DNA of 64,000 nucleotides from an uncultured bacterium (GTDB lineage Bacteria > Patescibacteriota > JABMPQ01 > CAVVCK01). How positions within the stretch are numbered: the first letter of the stretch is position 1; each line of letters begins with the position of its first letter. Location of the stretch: assembly GCA_963746775.1 (NCBI GenBank), contig CAVVCK010000001.1, positions 211,050-275,049 of the forward strand, read 5' to 3'. The translations under genes were made by a program, and so were the position numbers. The notes beneath the pieces were generated by a model. That model ran no database searches. It was not told where the DNA came from and worked only from the letters and a program-made list of their open reading frames with translations. Shown here in pieces: positions 60,942 to 64,000 of the stretch.

Positions 60942-63350
60942 TTATCCTCTAATTTTTGCTCCCAATTCACTCTCTAATCTTTTAATAATTTTATTTTGAG
61001 TTTGTCTAGCTTCTTCATCTTTTAGCGTCCGATCATCTGCTCTATACATTAAGTGAAAAGCTAAGCTTTTAGTATTGGGTTCCAATCCTTTACCTGCATA
61101 AACATCAAATAACTCTAACTCTTTTAGCAAATCGCCGCCAGTTTTTTTAATTAAATCCTCTACTTCTTTTGCTTTTACGGATTTATTCAATACAAAAGCT
61201 AAGTCCAAGGTAATGCTGGGATATTTTGGCAAGGGTTTAAATTGCTTATTTAAAGTAGCCCTCGAAGATAATTGATCTATAGAAAAATTAAAAAAAGCTA
61301 CTTTTTTATTTTTTAAATTAAAATTATTTATAACTTGGCTATTACACATACTCATCGTGCCTAATATATCTTTTCCAAACAAAAATTGAATAGCCTGTCT
61401 TTCGGCATACATATTCCAGTATTCACAATCTTTTGTTTTTTCTAGCTCTTCAATTCTATATTTAATATTTAATTTTTCTAACAAAAATTCCAAAGTACCT
61501 TTAGCTTTATAAAAGACATCTTCGCGATTTCCAACAACTATTCCCGATAAAGATTTACACTCTATAGCACTATTAAAATATACATGCCCTATTTCAAAAA
61601 TTTTAAATTCATCATAATTTCTAAAATTAGTTTCCGCATTCTCTAATAATCGAGGAATTAATATTGTTCTTAAATATTTTAAATCTTGCGAACCGGCATT
61701 AGAAACTATTAAATGATCTTTAGTTGATAGTAAACATTTCTTTAATAATTTCTCTCCATAAAAAGAATAATTATAAACTTCAGAAAATCCTGCCCCTTCT
61801 AAATATTCCTCAATTTTTCTTCCCCAAAATAAATCAGGAAGCTCTGCAATCGGCTTCAAAACTCCTTTAATTTCTTGGGGTTCAATATCATCATAACCAT
61901 ACACACGAGCAATTTCCTCTACCAAATCCTCCTCTGCTTTAATATCAGTTCTATAAATTGGTACTTCAATATTTAAATATTCTTTTGATTGAGTAACGCC
62001 AAATTCTAAACTTTTTAAAATATTAACTATTTTAGCTTTAGGAATTTTAATTCCGATCAATCTTTCAATATAATCTAAATCGAGCTTAATTTTAATTTCT
62101 TTGGGTTTACTTTTTAAAGTATCAACGATATTGCTAGAAACCCTAGCTTCAGCATATTTTTCAAATAATTCACAAGCTCTATACAAACCATATTCTGGTA
62201 AATCTACGCTTTGTCCTTTTTCAAATCGCAATACTGCTTCCGAGCGTAAACCTAATTTCTGTGAAGTTTTTCTAACAGAAGTCCCATCAAAATTAGCTGC
62301 TTCTAGTAAAATGGTTTTAGTTTTTTCATCTACTTCAGAATTTAATCCTCCCATCACACCAGCAATTGCAATTGGCTCTCTCTCATCCGCTATCGCTAAC
62401 ATACTCTCATCTAAATTTCTCTTCTTATTATCTATAGTTACAATTGATTCATTTTTTTTGGCACTTCTTACAATAACTCTTTTTAATTTGTTCTGATCAA
62501 CCTTTGGATTATTATTGGCAAAAGCTATATTTTTAATTTTATTAAAATCAAAAGCATGTAAAGGCTGACCATATTCCAACATTACATAATTAGTAATATC
62601 AACAATATTATTAATTGGTCTCATGCCAGCTGCATCAAGTCTTGCCTGCATCCATTTGGGTGACTCCCTTATTTCAATATTATCCAATACTACTCCCATA
62701 TATCTAGGACATAATTTCTTATCTTTAACTTCAATTTGTATTTTATAATCACTGCCTGCTTTGGGTTTTTTTAATTTTGTTAAATTTAATTTTAAATTCA
62801 ACAAAGCCGATAATTCACGAGCAATACCAATATGACAAAATAAATCTGCCCTATGAGTAAGTGATTTATTATCAATATCTAAAATAATATCATCCAATCC
62901 CATATAGACACTAAATTTCTGACCCACTTTGGCATTTTCATCCAATACCATTATTCCCTCCGATTTTTTTGCCAAACCCAATTCTTCTTCAGCGCAAATC
63001 ATACCATTTGATTCCTCTCCTCTGATTTTAGCTTTTTCTATTTTGAAATCACCTGGCAATATAGCGCCAACCAAAGCTACAGGAACTTTTTGTCCCTTTT
63101 CCAAATTAGAGGCACCACATACTATATTCAACTTTTCTTTGCCAATAGAAACTTGCGCTTTAGATAATTTATCAGCATTAGGATGTTTTTCTTTTAATAA
63201 AACTTCACCGACAATAATATTTTTATACTTATCGGCTAAATCGATTACATCTTCCACTTCCGCAATTCCCATAGTTAAGCTATCCGCAATTTTTTTCGGC
63301 GATTGTTTTATATTTATATAATCTTTTAGCCAGTTGATAGATATCTTCAT
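60942..63350 (-). CDS. pheT: Phenylalanine--tRNA ligase beta subunit (start revised to internal Met)
   Basis: ORF as drawn starts at 63425, but the canonical PheT N-terminus MKISINWLKDYINI begins at 63350; tRNA-binding, B3/4, B5 and FDX-ACB domains recognisable. Confidence 0.85.
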   Translation of the reverse strand: MKISINWLKDYINIKQSPKKIADSLTMGIAEVEDVIDLADKYKNIIVGEVLLKEKHPNADKLSKAQVSIGKEKLNIVCGASNLEKGQKVPVALVGAILPGDFKIEKAKIRGEESNGMICAEEELGLAKKSEGIMVLDENAKVGQKFSVYMGLDDIILDIDNKSLTHRADLFCHIGIARELSALLNLKLNLTKLKKPKAGSDYKIQIEVKDKKLCPRYMGVVLDNIEIRESPKWMQARLDAAGMRPINNIVDITNYVMLEYGQPLHAFDFNKIKNIAFANNNPKVDQNKLKRVIVRSAKKNESIVTIDNKKRNLDESMLAIADEREPIAIAGVMGGLNSEVDEKTKTILLEAANFDGTSVRKTSQKLGLRSEAVLRFEKGQSVDLPEYGLYRACELFEKYAEARVSSNIVDTLKSKPKEIKIKLDLDYIERLIGIKIPKAKIVNILKSLEFGVTQSKEYLNIEVPIYRTDIKAEEDLVEEIARVYGYDDIEPQEIKGVLKPIAELPDLFWGRKIEEYLEGAGFSEVYNYSFYGEKLLKKCLLSTKDHLIVSNAGSQDLKYLRTILIPRLLENAETNFRNYDEFKIFEIGHVYFNSAIECKSLSGIVVGNREDVFYKAKGTLEFLLEKLNIKYRIEELEKTKDCEYWNMYAERQAIQFLFGKDILGTMSMCNSQVINNFNLKNKKVAFFNFSIDQLSSRATLNKQFKPLPKYPSITLDLAFVLNKSVKAKEVEDLIKKTGGDLLKELELFDVYAGKGLEPNTKSLAFHLMYRADDRTLKDEEARQTQNKIIKRLESELGAKIRG

Positions 63351-63537
63351 AAATTTTTGTATATATTTACCCGCCCAGGACAGACTAACGTACTTACGTT
63401 CGTATATACTATCGTAAGTACACATTGATATTTTAGAATTTTTTTTTTAAAATTTATTTAAGCCACAAATTTGATCAAACTGTTAGAAAATTAGTTATTG
63501 GTCATTAGGAATTAGAAAATTATTCCTAATTCCCTTT

Positions 63538-64000
63538 CTAGAATTGATTAATAAACCTCAAATCCCCAGACATAAAATGTCTATTATCAGTAATTCCATA
63601 TTTCAACATTACTAATCTACTCAATCCCATACCAAAAGCAAAACCAGTGTATTTGCCCTTCGGATAACCGGCTGATTCTAAAACTTTAGGATGAATCATA
63701 CCACAAGGGATTAATTCTATCCAACCAGTATGCTTGCAAACACGGCACCCCTTACCTTCACAAAAAACACAACTCGAATCTAGCTCAAAGCCAGGTTCCA
63801 CAAAAGGAAAATAACCAGGACGCAAGCGTACTTTGACTTCTTTACCAAATATTTTACTCAATAAAGTTTTCTGAGTATAAATTAAATTAGCAATCGAAAT
63901 ATTTTCATCTACCATAAAGCCTTCCATTTGATAAAAGGTGTGATCATGCGACGCATCTGTTGCTTCATTGCGAAAACATCTACCAGGAACAACAACTCGA
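63538..64000 (-). CDS. pheS: Phenylalanine--tRNA ligase alpha subunit, C-terminal part (continues beyond window end)
   Basis: Minus-strand frame open to 64000: ..[28 protein letters not shown].. class II motif 2 and motif 3 ([14 protein letters not shown]). Confidence 0.85.
   Translation of the reverse strand, partial: RVVVPGRCFRNEATDASHDHTFYQMEGFMVDENISIANLIYTQKTLLSKIFGKEVKVRLRPGYFPFVEPGFELDSSCVFCEGKGCRVCKHTGWIELIPCGMIHPKVLESAGYPKGKYTGFAFGMGLSRLVMLKYGITDNRHFMSGDLRFINQF

Overview
This is an AT-rich (about 30% GC), gene-dense bacterial chromosomal window, mostly minus-strand housekeeping operons. The gene content and style suggest a Patescibacteria/CPR-like organism: a large type IV pilus locus, RNase J, a free-standing four-helix-bundle gene, small proteins and a rearranged ribosomal-protein neighbourhood. 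That placement is inference, not a database result. Recognisable genes are groES-groEL, uvrA, uvrC, a type IV pilus locus (pilB, pilC, two giant pilins, a PilX-like protein, pilM, pilN, pilO, pilT) with recX embedded, secG, an oligopeptide-type binding protein, rnj, trpS, phosphoglucomutase, rpsF-ssb-rpsR, efp, recA, a RodZ-like protein, ftsK, rpoB-rpoC, miaA, gatB, a thyA-folA-tmk thymidylate operon, secE-nusG-rplK-rplA, gyrB and pheS-pheT. The most unusual feature is inside the conserved secE-nusG-rplK-rplA cluster. A CDP-archaeol-synthase (CarS)-like gene and a geranylgeranyl-type polyprenyl diphosphate synthase sit between nusG and rplK, and a CDP-alcohol phosphatidyltransferase sits between rplK and rplA. 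Together these look like an archaeal-type ether-lipid head-group activation module. The CarS plus polyprenyl synthase pair is flanked by about 85-bp direct repeats that appear to be a duplicated nusG-rplK intergenic (promoter/leader) region, which is the signature of an insertion. Other notable items follow. Three paralogous secreted tail-fibre-like proteins share an N-terminal module, and one ends in a peptidase-S74 intramolecular-chaperone domain. There is an archaeal/eukaryotic-type Ski2/Hel308-like helicase. A conserved inverted-repeat motif TTYGTACGTGGT recurs as arm pairs at several promoter-proximal intergenic sites. GCGGATA repeat clusters occur at two gene junctions. The thyA leader has a 22-bp tandem-repeat and palindrome array with a C9 tract. 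An attenuator-like pair of alternative structures lies just upstream of secE. No rRNA, tRNA or CRISPR was found.
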